Virus record (IMG/VR): IMGVR_UViG_3300021961_000042
Location: 1 to 64,000 of that record
Direction: 5' to 3' (one strand)
From: a virus
DNA: 64,000 nt
The position numbers were made by a program, and so were the translations under genes. This document shows, piece after piece, positions 1 to 10,600 of this stretch. The number at the start of each line of letters is the position of its first letter. Position 1 is the stretch's first letter. Below the pieces are notes generated by a model. It saw only the letters and a list, made by a program, of their open reading frames with translations, searched no databases and was not told where the DNA came from.

Positions 1-1572
1 GGAGGACTTTCAAGGTTACTTCAAGTTGGTTATTCAAAGAATGTATTAAAACTTGACTACTCATCACTATACCCTTCTATTCAGTTGGTTCATGATGTGT
101 TTCCTAAATGTGACGTAACAGGTGCGATGAAAAGTATGTTAAAGTACTTTCGTGACACTCGTATAAAATATAAAAACTTAGCAGGTGAATTTAAAAAAAC
201 GGATCCGAAACTTTCTGTCTCATACGACAGGAAACAATTACCAATCAAAATCTTTATCAATGCCTTCTTTGGATCATTATCAGCACCCCACGTCTTCCCT
301 TGGGGTGATATGGACATGGGAGAACAGATTACGTGTACCGGTAGGCAATATCTACGACAGATGATTATGTACTTTATGAGTAAAGGTTATGTTCCTCTTG
401 TGATGGATACGGATGGAGTAAACTTTGAAACCCCAAATGATGTGGATACTCACCACTATGTCGGTAAAGGTCTTAATGGTTTAGTTGAAAAAGATAAAGA
501 GTATTTTGGTTCTGAAGCGGATGTTGCTGAGTATAATGACTTATTTTTAAGAAACGAAATGGGTCTTGATATAGATGGAGTTTGGCCTTCAACAATAAAC
601 GTAGCAAGAAAAAATTATGCACTTCTTACAGATAAAGGTAAAGTTAAACTTACAGGAAATACCATCAAATCTAAAAAACTACAAACGTATGTTGCGGAGT
701 TTTTGGACAAAGGGTTAAGAATGTTACTTGATGGTAAGGGTGCTGAGTTTTTGGACTTTTACTATGAGTACGTTGAGAAACTTTTTAATAGACAAATACC
801 TTTGGCTAAAATTGCAAATAAAGCTCGTGTTAAACAATCAATAGAAGATTATAAAGTTCACGTTACTAAAAAAACAAAGTCAGGAAATTCGATGTCTCGT
901 CAGGCACACATGGAATTATTGATACGTGCAGGTATTAATCCTGGTTTAGGAGACACTGTTTATTATGTTAATAACGGCGAAAAGAAATCACATGGAGATG
1001 TTCAAAAGAAAACTAAAAAAATTAAAGCAACAAAAGAGGAAGTTCTTCTTTATGAAAAAAATAACGGTAAACCATTCCCGATAGAGTATGAAGATGACAT
1101 TGTGTTAAACTGTTATCTAATTAATGAACAAGATATTGAAAAAAATCCTGACTTACTTGGTGAATATAATATTGCAAGATACATGGCAGCATTTAACAAA
1201 AGAATTGAACCTCTACTTGTTGTTTTCAAACCTGAAATTAGAGATGAGATATTAATTGAAGACCCAAAAGACCGACCAATTTTTACTAAAGCACAAACAG
1301 AATTAGATAGGGGAACACCTAAAAAAGAAAAAGATCAAGACAATTTAGACGAGGTTTTAACATTATCTGATATGGAATTAGAATTTTGGCAATCAACGGG
1401 TATTGACCCTTATTATATGTATTTAGAAAATACTTTAGATTTAGTTGATCAAGAATATGTTGAAAAAAATAAAAACTTAATGAATACCAGAGTTAAAAAA
1501 GTTAAGGTAGATGAAGATGAAATTTATGAATTTGACGAAGATGGCGATTTAATGTCTTTAGTTTTTGACTAA
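1..1572 (+). CDS. Family B DNA polymerase, C-terminal part (gene begins upstream of window)
   Basis: Frame open from base 1: LDYSSLYPSI (motif A), KIFINAFFG (motif B), MDTDG (motif C), RKNYA; acidic C-terminal tail. Confidence 0.93.
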   Translation, partial: GGLSRLLQVGYSKNVLKLDYSSLYPSIQLVHDVFPKCDVTGAMKSMLKYFRDTRIKYKNLAGEFKKTDPKLSVSYDRKQLPIKIFINAFFGSLSAPHVFPWGDMDMGEQITCTGRQYLRQMIMYFMSKGYVPLVMDTDGVNFETPNDVDTHHYVGKGLNGLVEKDKEYFGSEADVAEYNDLFLRNEMGLDIDGVWPSTINVARKNYALLTDKGKVKLTGNTIKSKKLQTYVAEFLDKGLRMLLDGKGAEFLDFYYEYVEKLFNRQIPLAKIANKARVKQSIEDYKVHVTKKTKSGNSMSRQAHMELLIRAGINPGLGDTVYYVNNGEKKSHGDVQKKTKKIKATKEEVLLYEKNNGKPFPIEYEDDIVLNCYLINEQDIEKNPDLLGEYNIARYMAAFNKRIEPLLVVFKPEIRDEILIEDPKDRPIFTKAQTELDRGTPKKEKDQDNLDEVLTLSDMELEFWQSTGIDPYYMYLENTLDLVDQEYVEKNKNLMNTRVKKVKVDEDEIYEFDEDGDLMSLVFD

Positions 1573-1901
1573 GAACCTTTTAAACCATCCGATGAAAGGA
1601 TATACCAACTATTACCAACAAATTTAAATTCTACACAAGAACCAACATTAAGTTCAACTTCTCCAAATTCTTCATCTATTAGTTTTTCTGATTTAACTAA
1701 CGTTTGTGTTAAAGATTTTATTACAACGTGATCTGTTGTATTGTGATTTAATTTAATTGTACAGTGGTCTATACCTTTTGTTATTATAACATATTCACCA
1801 CTAGTTAAATATTCTTTTTCTGAGACTATAGATGAATCTGACGTTTCTATCGTCACTCCATTAATAATTCTTTTAGAGGGTATTGATCTAAAAACCGCCA
1901 T
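1569..1901 (-). CDS. Hypothetical 110 aa protein, probably a small beta-rich virion protein
   Basis: Clean ORF 3 nt downstream of the neck gene; ...LIDEEFGEVELNVGSCVEFKFVGNSWYIL resembles beta-sandwich ends of phage structural domains. Confidence 0.55.
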   Translation of the reverse strand: MAVFRSIPSKRIINGVTIETSDSSIVSEKEYLTSGEYVIITKGIDHCTIKLNHNTTDHVVIKSLTQTLVKSEKLIDEEFGEVELNVGSCVEFKFVGNSWYILSSDGLKGS

Positions 1902-1904
1902 AAA

Positions 1905-3023
1905 TTATATAATATTTATTGGGTAGTTAAATGGTCTATATTTTAATGCTTTATTCATATTTTCTGCCATAGCCCCTTTTATTTCCCATTGTTTTTCTGG
2001 TCTTAACCTTTCAAGTCTAGTTTTCAACTCCTCCCAAAGGATTGATTTTTCATCCTTAGCCTCTGATTGTAAAGTCGTATATTCTAAAGTTAATTCACTA
2101 TCGGGTGTTTTTAAATTACCACTAAATTTTCCTCTTACTCTAGCAAGTGTTTCTTTACAATAAGCGGTAAACCATCTTCTAACCCAGTTTTGTGCTGGTG
2201 CGTTTAACTCATCCCATCTTGTCTCGTCAATTGGGATGTCAGATGGTAGTTTTACTACGTCAGGATTTTTTGCTAAACAATCGTCCCTATCAAAAGTATC
2301 GTAATACCAATACCAAACTCTATATTTGTTTCTTTCGATATTACCAAAATCAAATTTTCCACCAGGTACGTTGTATAAATGTAACGCTTTTTTTCCTTCA
2401 GGTAGTGCGGTAATTCTATATGTTAAATCCCCTGTAATAATCCTTCTTTTTAGTTGGATGTCTGCCATTCTTAAAAGAATGTCAAATGCGGGTGTTATAA
2501 AATAATTACCAGTGGTACCCATTTGAGAAAATCCTGCACCACCACCTAAACCAATACCTCCAAAACCACCAAATCCTCCCATAAATGGGTCAAAGTACGC
2601 TGCGTCCAATTCAGATCTGGCAAACCAAAGTAATTCGTTAACTTCTCTTCCTGCGGGTATTTCATATATTTGTTGCCCCGCAACTAATTCTATATAATCT
2701 TTTTGTAAAACATAATCACCACCGGCTTGAAGACCAACAATTTTAGAATATGCGTAAGTGTATTGTGTCTCCCAATCTAAACTTCTAGTCGTAAATGCCT
2801 TTGTCAAAGATTGTTCGTCTAAATTTAAACCATAAAGTGCGGACCATTGGGTCTCAATTAACCAATCATTAACATGTTGTGAATAGTCTTGAATTGATAA
2901 TTCTAAAAGAGAATCCATCATTTCGTCCTCTAATTCGACACCCCTTAAAGGTGCACCCAAAAGATTTCTAATTCTTTTATAAAGTTTACTTCTATGTGGT
3001 TCTGAGATTATAGATGTTGACAT
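1905..3023 (-). CDS. Neck/head-tail adaptor protein (T4 gp13-like)
   Basis: RNLLGAPLRGVEL N-terminus and WVRRWFTAYCKETLARVRGKF C-terminal pattern typical of gp13-like proteins; near gp14/gp15-like genes. Confidence 0.75.
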   Translation of the reverse strand: MSTSIISEPHRSKLYKRIRNLLGAPLRGVELEDEMMDSLLELSIQDYSQHVNDWLIETQWSALYGLNLDEQSLTKAFTTRSLDWETQYTYAYSKIVGLQAGGDYVLQKDYIELVAGQQIYEIPAGREVNELLWFARSELDAAYFDPFMGGFGGFGGIGLGGGAGFSQMGTTGNYFITPAFDILLRMADIQLKRRIITGDLTYRITALPEGKKALHLYNVPGGKFDFGNIERNKYRVWYWYYDTFDRDDCLAKNPDVVKLPSDIPIDETRWDELNAPAQNWVRRWFTAYCKETLARVRGKFSGNLKTPDSELTLEYTTLQSEAKDEKSILWEELKTRLERLRPEKQWEIKGAMAENMNKALKYRPFNYPINII

Positions 3024-3050
3024 AAGAATATTTTATATATAAATATCTTA

Positions 3051-3767
3051 TTATTCTGCTTTATTTCTATCTAATTGAGTTGTATATAAATCAGTAACAA
3101 AATCCCAATTAACTACCTTCCAAAAATTATGTATATAACGGTCTCTTTCGTTTTTGTATTTAAGATAATAAGAGTGTTCCCACAAATCTAATCCTAATAA
3201 TGGATAACTTTTATTTTTTCCACTCATCATTAAGGGATTATCTTGGTTTGGTGTCGTTACAATTTTTAACCTATTTGTTTTTGTAAGTACCAACCAAACC
3301 CAACCTGACCCAAATCTTGATTTTGCTTCTTCTTCAAATTTTTCTTTAAATTTATCAAATGACCCAAAAGTGGATTCTAATTTATATAATAAAGGATTTT
3401 CTAATTTTGTTTTTTTAGGTGACAACATTTTCCAAAATAGTGCGTGGTTAAACGCGCCACCACCGTTGTTTCTTACCTTTGTATTGAATTTGGAAATACT
3501 CGAAACAATTTCTTCTAAATCTAAATCTTTGCCTTTTATTTTTTCTAACTCCTTATTTAACTTTTCAACATAACCCTTGTAGTGTTTTGTATAATGAGTT
3601 TTCATCGTCTCACTATCTATAAAGTCTTCTAAATCATCAAACTCATAAGGTAATTTTTCTATTGAAACTTTTTTTATTTCATTAATTAAAGATTCATTAA
3701 GTAGAGAATTAATTCCTAACTTACTTTCGATTAAATTTATTTTTTCATTTAATTTTTTAAATATCAT
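3051..3767 (-). CDS. sodA: Fe/Mn superoxide dismutase, Mn-type signature, with ~30 aa N-terminal extension
   Basis: HYTKHYKGY, NNGGGAFNHALFW, FGSGWVWL, NQDNP, DLWEHSYY; all four metal ligands present; GGG and NQD indicate Mn type. Start set at ATG 3767, just downstream of a TATTTAT motif. Confidence 0.92.
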   Translation of the reverse strand: MIFKKLNEKINLIESKLGINSLLNESLINEIKKVSIEKLPYEFDDLEDFIDSETMKTHYTKHYKGYVEKLNKELEKIKGKDLDLEEIVSSISKFNTKVRNNGGGAFNHALFWKMLSPKKTKLENPLLYKLESTFGSFDKFKEKFEEEAKSRFGSGWVWLVLTKTNRLKIVTTPNQDNPLMMSGKNKSYPLLGLDLWEHSYYLKYKNERDRYIHNFWKVVNWDFVTDLYTTQLDRNKAE

Positions 3768-3778
3768 AATAATAAATA

Positions 3779-5542
3779 TCACCTCTTAGAAGAAATTAAA
3801 TTTAACATTTCTTCAATTGTCGATGCGTCTTCCATAATATCATCACCCATTACTGTCGATATGATTTTTTTCTTTCTATTAAGGATGTCATATATTACCC
3901 CTTCTATTGTGTTTTCAAATAATGGATAATAAACGGATGTTGAATTTTTTTGACCGATCCTATGAGATCTGTCTTCCGCTTGTGCGTGTTCGGCAGGAAC
4001 AAATGATAGGTCATTCATAATAACGGCTTCGGCTGCGGTTAAAGTAATACCGACACCTGCTGCTTTTAAGTTACCAACAAAAACTTTGATTTTATCGTTT
4101 TCTTGAAAATCGTCAACGGCTTTTTGTCTGTGTGGTTTTGAGCAAGACCCATCCAAATAAACTGCTTGTTTTCCAAAATGTTCATAAATAGTTCTTAATG
4201 TGTCTGTAAAATTTGTAAATATTATAACTTTTTTTCCTTGTTCAATAATATTTTCCGCTAACTCGATTGTGTTTTTAACTTTTTCTTCGGCAATTACTTT
4301 TCTAACTTTCATTAGTTTACCAAACTGAATTGTAAGTGATGAAGATTCTTCTGAGTTATTATCATACCAATTAAAATATTCACCCATTAATTCTTCGTAG
4401 TCTTTTGATTTTAATCTCAAATAAACCGGTGTGATAATTTTATCAGGTAAATCTAACACATCTTCTTTTAGTCTTCTAAGTATATGTGTTTGAGTTCTTT
4501 CTCGTAACTCATCTAAATTTGATGCTCCCGTTACATTCCATACTTTTCTTTTTCCAACACTAAACTGAAAACCATTACAGTATCTTTTAGCATACGCCAT
4601 CCAATTTGCAGCAACAGGACTTTCAACTAAATTTAAAAGATTATAATAATTCATTGGTCTTGATGTCATTGGTGTCCCCGTAAGTAACCAAACCCTTTCA
4701 ACTTTACCACAAAGATCATTTACAATTTTTGTTCTTTGCGCTTGTGGATTTGAAATCATATGTGCCTCATCCATAATAACTAAATCAAAATTAGTATTTA
4801 AAATTATTGACTCATCTTTCTTTTTAGGATCATGAAAGTTTTTTAATATGTCGTAGTTAATAATAACAAAATCGGATTCAGTTGAAAATTTTTTACCTTC
4901 AGCAATATAAACAGACCTGTCTGAATAATTTTCAATTTCACGCTGCCAATTTATTTTGAGTGATGCGGGACAAACAATTAATATTTTTTTTGCGCCCGTT
5001 TCAAGTGCCGAAATAATTGTTGATGTTGTTTTACCAAGACCCATGTCGTCAGCCAAAATAAACTTTTTATTTCTAACAAGTTTTTCAATCGCCTCTTTTT
5101 GATGATCCATCGGTGCCCTGTGATCGTATTTAGAATATTCTATAACAACATTTTTAACTTCATTGTCTTTAATAAGTGCACTTTTTGGAACCCAAAAATC
5201 ATGTAAAGTTTCCCCACTAAATATTTTTCCCCATATATGATATGATTTATCTTTTTCTACAAGTAACTTTTCAACATAAATTTCTGATGGTTCTTTTGTA
5301 AACATTTTATCTTCCATCATTTTTTTACCAAAATAGGAATCTAGTTTGACCCATTTTTTGGCAACCTTTGGTATTCTGCCGTGAAAGTTAATAATATATT
5401 CTGCTTGTGATCTTGTAGGGGTAAATGATTTACTATTTTGTTTTTTGTGTTTTAACGACAATATATAGTTATTTGACCCAACATATTCGTCTAATAATTG
5501 AAGGGCTCTTGTCTCAGGTGTTTTTGAAATTAATTCTTCCAT
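3779..5542 (-). CDS. SNF2-family (HARP/SMARCAL1-like) helicase/annealing ATPase
   Basis: LADDMGLGKT, DEAH, LTGTP, GVGITLT, QAEDRSHRIGQ; likely start MEELISK at 5542. Confidence 0.9.
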   Translation of the reverse strand: MEELISKTPETRALQLLDEYVGSNNYILSLKHKKQNSKSFTPTRSQAEYIINFHGRIPKVAKKWVKLDSYFGKKMMEDKMFTKEPSEIYVEKLLVEKDKSYHIWGKIFSGETLHDFWVPKSALIKDNEVKNVVIEYSKYDHRAPMDHQKEAIEKLVRNKKFILADDMGLGKTTSTIISALETGAKKILIVCPASLKINWQREIENYSDRSVYIAEGKKFSTESDFVIINYDILKNFHDPKKKDESIILNTNFDLVIMDEAHMISNPQAQRTKIVNDLCGKVERVWLLTGTPMTSRPMNYYNLLNLVESPVAANWMAYAKRYCNGFQFSVGKRKVWNVTGASNLDELRERTQTHILRRLKEDVLDLPDKIITPVYLRLKSKDYEELMGEYFNWYDNNSEESSSLTIQFGKLMKVRKVIAEEKVKNTIELAENIIEQGKKVIIFTNFTDTLRTIYEHFGKQAVYLDGSCSKPHRQKAVDDFQENDKIKVFVGNLKAAGVGITLTAAEAVIMNDLSFVPAEHAQAEDRSHRIGQKNSTSVYYPLFENTIEGVIYDILNRKKKIISTVMGDDIMEDASTIEEMLNLISSKR

Positions 5543-5601
5543 TATATTATAAATAAAAATAGTAAAATATAATAAAAAATCAATTAAAGTATTTATATTA
5601 T

Positions 5602-6117
5602 ATGACACAGAATAAAGTTCCAATTACAAGATTAAATAAGTTTTTCTCAGAGGAGGACTTCAATTTAGATATTAATATGGGTATGGAATGGCAAATGGGT
5701 GATATGAATTTCACTGTTGTTTTATATCGAGTAGATAGACAAAAAACAAATAATGATGATGTTTATGGTGAGGCTTTAACTAATGGAATTCAGTTTTTAG
5801 TACCTGTTGAATTAAAAGGTTTAGTAAAAATAGAGTCTCCTTCTAATTCTGATTATGGGTCTTCTAAACTTTCACAAATAGAACCAGGTAATATGACGTT
5901 TAGTGTTTATCAATCACATTTAGATCAATTGGCTGTTGAGATATCTTTAGGTGATTATTTAGCGTATTACGAAACAGAAGATAGAGTGAGATATTATTCG
6001 GTAGTTAATGACGGTAGAGTTAATTCAGACTTGAAACACTCATATGGTGGATATAAAAAATATTATAGAACAATAATCGCAGCACCAACAACACAAGAAA
6101 TTTTTGACGGAGTTTAA
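5602..6117 (+). CDS. Neck/head-closure protein (gp14-like)
   Basis: DDVYGE motif, size and position immediately upstream of tail terminator and sheath. Confidence 0.6.
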   Translation: MTQNKVPITRLNKFFSEEDFNLDINMGMEWQMGDMNFTVVLYRVDRQKTNNDDVYGEALTNGIQFLVPVELKGLVKIESPSNSDYGSSKLSQIEPGNMTFSVYQSHLDQLAVEISLGDYLAYYETEDRVRYYSVVNDGRVNSDLKHSYGGYKKYYRTIIAAPTTQEIFDGV

Positions 6118-6119
6118 TT

Positions 6120-7349
6120 ATGGCATTACCAAAAAAAATAAAAAAAACATTACCACTAGTCCCAAAGAAAGTAGGTAAAGAGAGAAGACAAGAAATGTTA
6201 GACCAAGTTACTGATGGTGGAACATTTTTACCTAAAGGAGTTTTACATGCTGATTTAGATAGAGGAGTTTTAGATTTTGTAAAAGAAAAACTTAAATTAG
6301 TTGTTGATGGTAAAGACGTACCTACCGTTGATAAAATCATAACAAATCAAAGTTGGGCACAATTTACTGAAACGTGGGAGTTTCAAGACTTAGATAAAAA
6401 TGTTTCATTACCTTTTATTATAACCGTAAGAGAACCTACAGTAAAATACGGTAAAATTTGGGGTGGGCAAGCAAATATTCCTGATAGGTTAAAGTTTTAT
6501 TATTATTCTGTTCCGACTTGGGACGGGGATAGAAAAGGTGCGGATGTTTATAAAATACCACAACCAGTACCTGTTGATATTACATATTCAGTTAAGATTT
6601 TTTGTTCAAGAATGAGAGAAGTAAATGAATTCAATAAAATAATGATGCAAACATTTACCTCTAAACAAGCTTATACACAAATTAAGGGTCATTTTATGCC
6701 ATTAAAAATGGAAGACCCGTCAGACGAATCTGTTAAAGATATGGAGAAAAGAAAATATTATATTCAAACATATAAAATAACTCTTATGGGATTTTTATTA
6801 GATGAAGAAGAATTTACAGTTGCTCCCGCAATTTCAAGACAGGTTTCAATGTTTGAAGTAGATACTAGAACTAAAAGTAGAAGAGTAAAAATTGAACCAC
6901 CTAGACCTGATAATTTTGATTTGGATTTTTTATTTATTTCAGGTAACACAGAACTTGTTGAAGTTATGAGATACGATGCAGATATTGTTATTGATAGTGC
7001 AACAAACATTACAAATTGTTTTTCAATTGGTTATTCATCTATAACAAATAATAACTTGGTTTATACTAATTGTTCAGGATCAACCGTTACACTACCAACA
7101 TTATCAGGAAATTCAGGTACTGTTTGTGTTAAATCATCTACACAACCATATTTTACAATATCTAGTGGGGGTACAATAACACCAACTACATCTTGTTCTG
7201 TTGGTTATTCCGTTTTTATAAATAATAATTTTTATGGGGACAACTTATCACTAATACAAGTAAATAATGGAGACGTTTTAAAAATAGTCGTATACAAAGA
7301 AGACATAACAAAAGAATCAATAATTAAAACAATAGTTAAATTATTATAA
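6120..7349 (+). CDS. Tail terminator/sheath stabilizer (gp15-like) with C-terminal extension
   Basis: LPFIITVR and PQPVPVDITYSVKIF motifs; position upstream of sheath. Confidence 0.65.
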   Translation: MALPKKIKKTLPLVPKKVGKERRQEMLDQVTDGGTFLPKGVLHADLDRGVLDFVKEKLKLVVDGKDVPTVDKIITNQSWAQFTETWEFQDLDKNVSLPFIITVREPTVKYGKIWGGQANIPDRLKFYYYSVPTWDGDRKGADVYKIPQPVPVDITYSVKIFCSRMREVNEFNKIMMQTFTSKQAYTQIKGHFMPLKMEDPSDESVKDMEKRKYYIQTYKITLMGFLLDEEEFTVAPAISRQVSMFEVDTRTKSRRVKIEPPRPDNFDLDFLFISGNTELVEVMRYDADIVIDSATNITNCFSIGYSSITNNNLVYTNCSGSTVTLPTLSGNSGTVCVKSSTQPYFTISSGGTITPTTSCSVGYSVFINNNFYGDNLSLIQVNNGDVLKIVVYKEDITKESIIKTIVKLL

Positions 7350-7499
7350 ATCTTCACCGTATATATCCTTTTCTTTTTGACAATTTTTCAAAATCAAGTT
7401 TTCTAAGAATTTATACACCTTAAACCCTTTTTTTTCACAATACTCCTTCAATAGTTTGTGCGATTCTTCTGAAATTTTAATGTTTTTAATTTTTTTCAT
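7344..7499 (-). CDS. Small ribbon-helix-helix DNA-binding protein (51 aa, not in ORF track)
   Basis: Manual translation MKKIKNIKISEESHKLLKEYCEKKGFKVYKFLENLILKNCQKEKDIYGEDL*: alternating beta strand, helix, G turn, helix. Confidence 0.75.
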   Translation of the reverse strand: MKKIKNIKISEESHKLLKEYCEKKGFKVYKFLENLILKNCQKEKDIYGEDL

Positions 7500-7517
7500 A
7501 ATAAAGTAAATAGTTAA

Positions 7518-7546
7518 GGCAGAAAAAAGGTAGAATTATTTCTGCC
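7518..7546. promoter_or_regulatory. Candidate operator: GGCAGAAA / GGTAGAA / TTTCTGCC
   Basis: 8-bp inverted repeat with a third half-site in between, ~11 bp spacing, between the divergent RHH and sheath genes. Confidence 0.45.
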
Positions 7547-7635
7547 ACACCTTAAATAATTACATTTTATAAGTGTTTTTTGCTTTAAATGATTGTATTT
7601 ATATAAAAAAATAAATTTAAAAATACAGTAAAATA

Positions 7636-10600
7636 ATGGCTTCAACTAACAAAGTATTTGTATCTCCAGGTGTTTATACATCAGAAAGAGATTTAACTTT
7701 TGTGGCTCAAAGTGTCGGTGTAACAACATTAGGTATTGTAGGTGAAACACTACAAGGTCCGGCATTTGAACCAATCTTCATTACAAGTTTTGACGAGTAT
7801 CAAGTTTATTTCGGTGGCACAAGCCCTGAAAAATTTGTTAATACTCAAATTCCTAAATATGAAACATCTTATATTGCAAAATCTTATTTGCAACAATCTA
7901 ACCAACTTTTTGTAACAAGAGTTCTTGGTTTATCAGGTTATGATGCGGGACCATCTTGGTCTATTACAACGATAGGAAACCCCGATACATCAACAATAGC
8001 GGCAACAGGTACTAGTACATCATATACATTAACTTTCACAGGTACAACAGGTTCAAGTGCAAATGTTACCGTAACTAACCCGTCATCATTGTTAACATCA
8101 ATATTTTATAACAATTATACAACATTTAATGGAGGTACTTCATCATTAAATCAAGATTTTATAAATTTCTTATCAAATAAAATTAATAATTTTGCGAGTG
8201 GTGGTAGTGGTGCAACAGTAGGTAACGCAGTATTTTGGGGAACAGTAAGTGGGGGAACATTTAACCAAGTAACCGGAACAACATTATTTGGTGTTCCTGT
8301 TTCTGCAACAACTGAAACTTTTGGTGTTGATGATGTAATTTTAGCAAATGCGGATTTAAGTGCTGACGTTAACGATCCTTGGTATTATGCATTATTTGAT
8401 TATACTAAAACTAATAGTGTTGGAAGTTATTATGGTTTTGGTTTTGGTGCTGCTCTTGACGCTATTGGTACTGGAGCAACTACCTCACAATTTACAGGAA
8501 CTTGTAAATTATATGCAACATTCTATTCGGGTACACCATATTCTGATTATGATGATTTAGTAGTTGCGACTTTAAGATCAAGAGGTATTTCTACATATTC
8601 ATCAGATGATGGTCCTGTTTATGAAGTTAGTGGAACAAGCGACGCAATTATGGTATGTTCAGGAAATTATTCAGGAATCACTAAAGACCCATATGGTACA
8701 TTTGTTATTTCAGGTATAACAAAAGATAGCGACACTTTTAGTTTTGAAACCTCACTTCTTTCAACAGATAGTAGATACATTTCTAAAATCTTTGGTAGAT
8801 CTAATTTTGCTAAAGATAGAAACGAAGTTCCTTTATTTGTTGAGGAATCTTACAGTAGTTTATTAACAACAGGTTACAGGGCAGGTAAAGTTAGAGGTTT
8901 GTATTGTGATTTTATTGCTATTGATGATGCTAGAAGCGGTGATAATGATACTTTAGGGTTTTATTTAGAACAATATCAAACACCTGAAACACCTTTCGTT
9001 GTTTCTGAGTTAAGAGGTAATAAAGTTTATAAATTATTTAAATTTAAACTTATTTCTGACGGAGACGCAGCAAATAGACTAGTTAAAATTTCTATTGGTA
9101 ACATATCATTTAATAATGGTACTTTCGATATCTTTGTAAGAGATTTTTATGATAATGATCAAAACGTTAGAGTAATTGAAAGTTTTACAAATTGTTCTAT
9201 GGACCCTAATCTTAATAATTTCGTTGCAAACAAGGTAGGAACTGCGAACGGCGAGTACAAATTAAACTCTAAATACATAATGGTTGAGTTGAGTGAGGAA
9301 TATCCTACTGACGCATTACCTTGTGGATTTGAAGGTTATACTTCTAGACAATATCAAACAGCTACACCTCCGTTTGTTATTTATAAAACAAAATATTTAC
9401 AACCAGGTGAAGTAGTTTATAATCCACCTTTTGGTTCTTCTGCTGGTGGAGATAATCCGGTTATTTCAAACGGAGAGAATCCAAGAAGAGCTTATTTAGG
9501 TATTTCTAATATTACAGGAATAGATTATGATTTCTTTAATTATAAAGGAAAACAACTACCTTCAAATATTGCGGTAGATACTACAGGATCGGAATGGGGT
9601 TATAAAACAAAAGGTTTCCACATGGATAGTGGGGCAACTATTGTTACCATGTATGATGTACTCACATCTGCAAATACTTCGGCCTTTGAAGTTGGGGTTT
9701 CTTCTTTCAACTCTGAACCGACAGATTCAGATAATGCATATTTTAGATTAAATACTCGTAAATTTACATTATTAGCTGCAGGTGGTTTTGATGGTTGGGA
9801 TATATACAGAGAAAGTAGAACGAATACCGATAGATTCCAATTAGGTCAATCAGGATATAAAAAAGGAGCTGCTGCATCTGCAACATACCCAACAGCCACA
9901 GGATGGGGAGCATTTAAACAAATTACAGGACCTAACCAAGAAGTATGGGCAAATACTGACTATTATGCTTATCTATGGGGTCAAACATCATTTGCAAATC
10001 CTGAAGCAACTAACATTAACGTTTTTGTTACACCAGGAATTGATTATGTTAATAACTCAAATCTTGTTGAAAACGCTATAGATATAGTTGAAACTGATAG
10101 AGCTGACTCAATTTACATTTGTACAACACCTGACTTTAATCTTTTCTTACCTTCATACAGTGATTTAACAGAAGGGTTAATTTACCCACAAGAAGCGGTA
10201 GATAATTTAGAAAATACAGGAATTGATTCAAATTATACCGCAACTTACTACCCGTGGATTTTAACAAGGGATTCAGTTAATAATACACAAATTTATCTTC
10301 CACCAACAGGTGAGGTTACTAAAAACTTAGCTTTGACTGATAACATCGCGTTCCCTTGGTTCGCATCTGCAGGTTATACAAGAGGTTTGGTTAACTCTAT
10401 TAAAGCAAGAAAAAAACTAACTCAAGAAGATAGAGATACTTTATATAAAGGAAGAATTAACCCAATCGCCACTTTCTCTGATGTTGGTACAGTAATTTGG
10501 GGTAATAAAACTTTACAAATTAGAGAATCCGCTTTAGATAGAATTAACGTTAGAAGGTTGTTACTACAAGCAAGAAAACTAATTTCAGCGGTGGCGGTTA

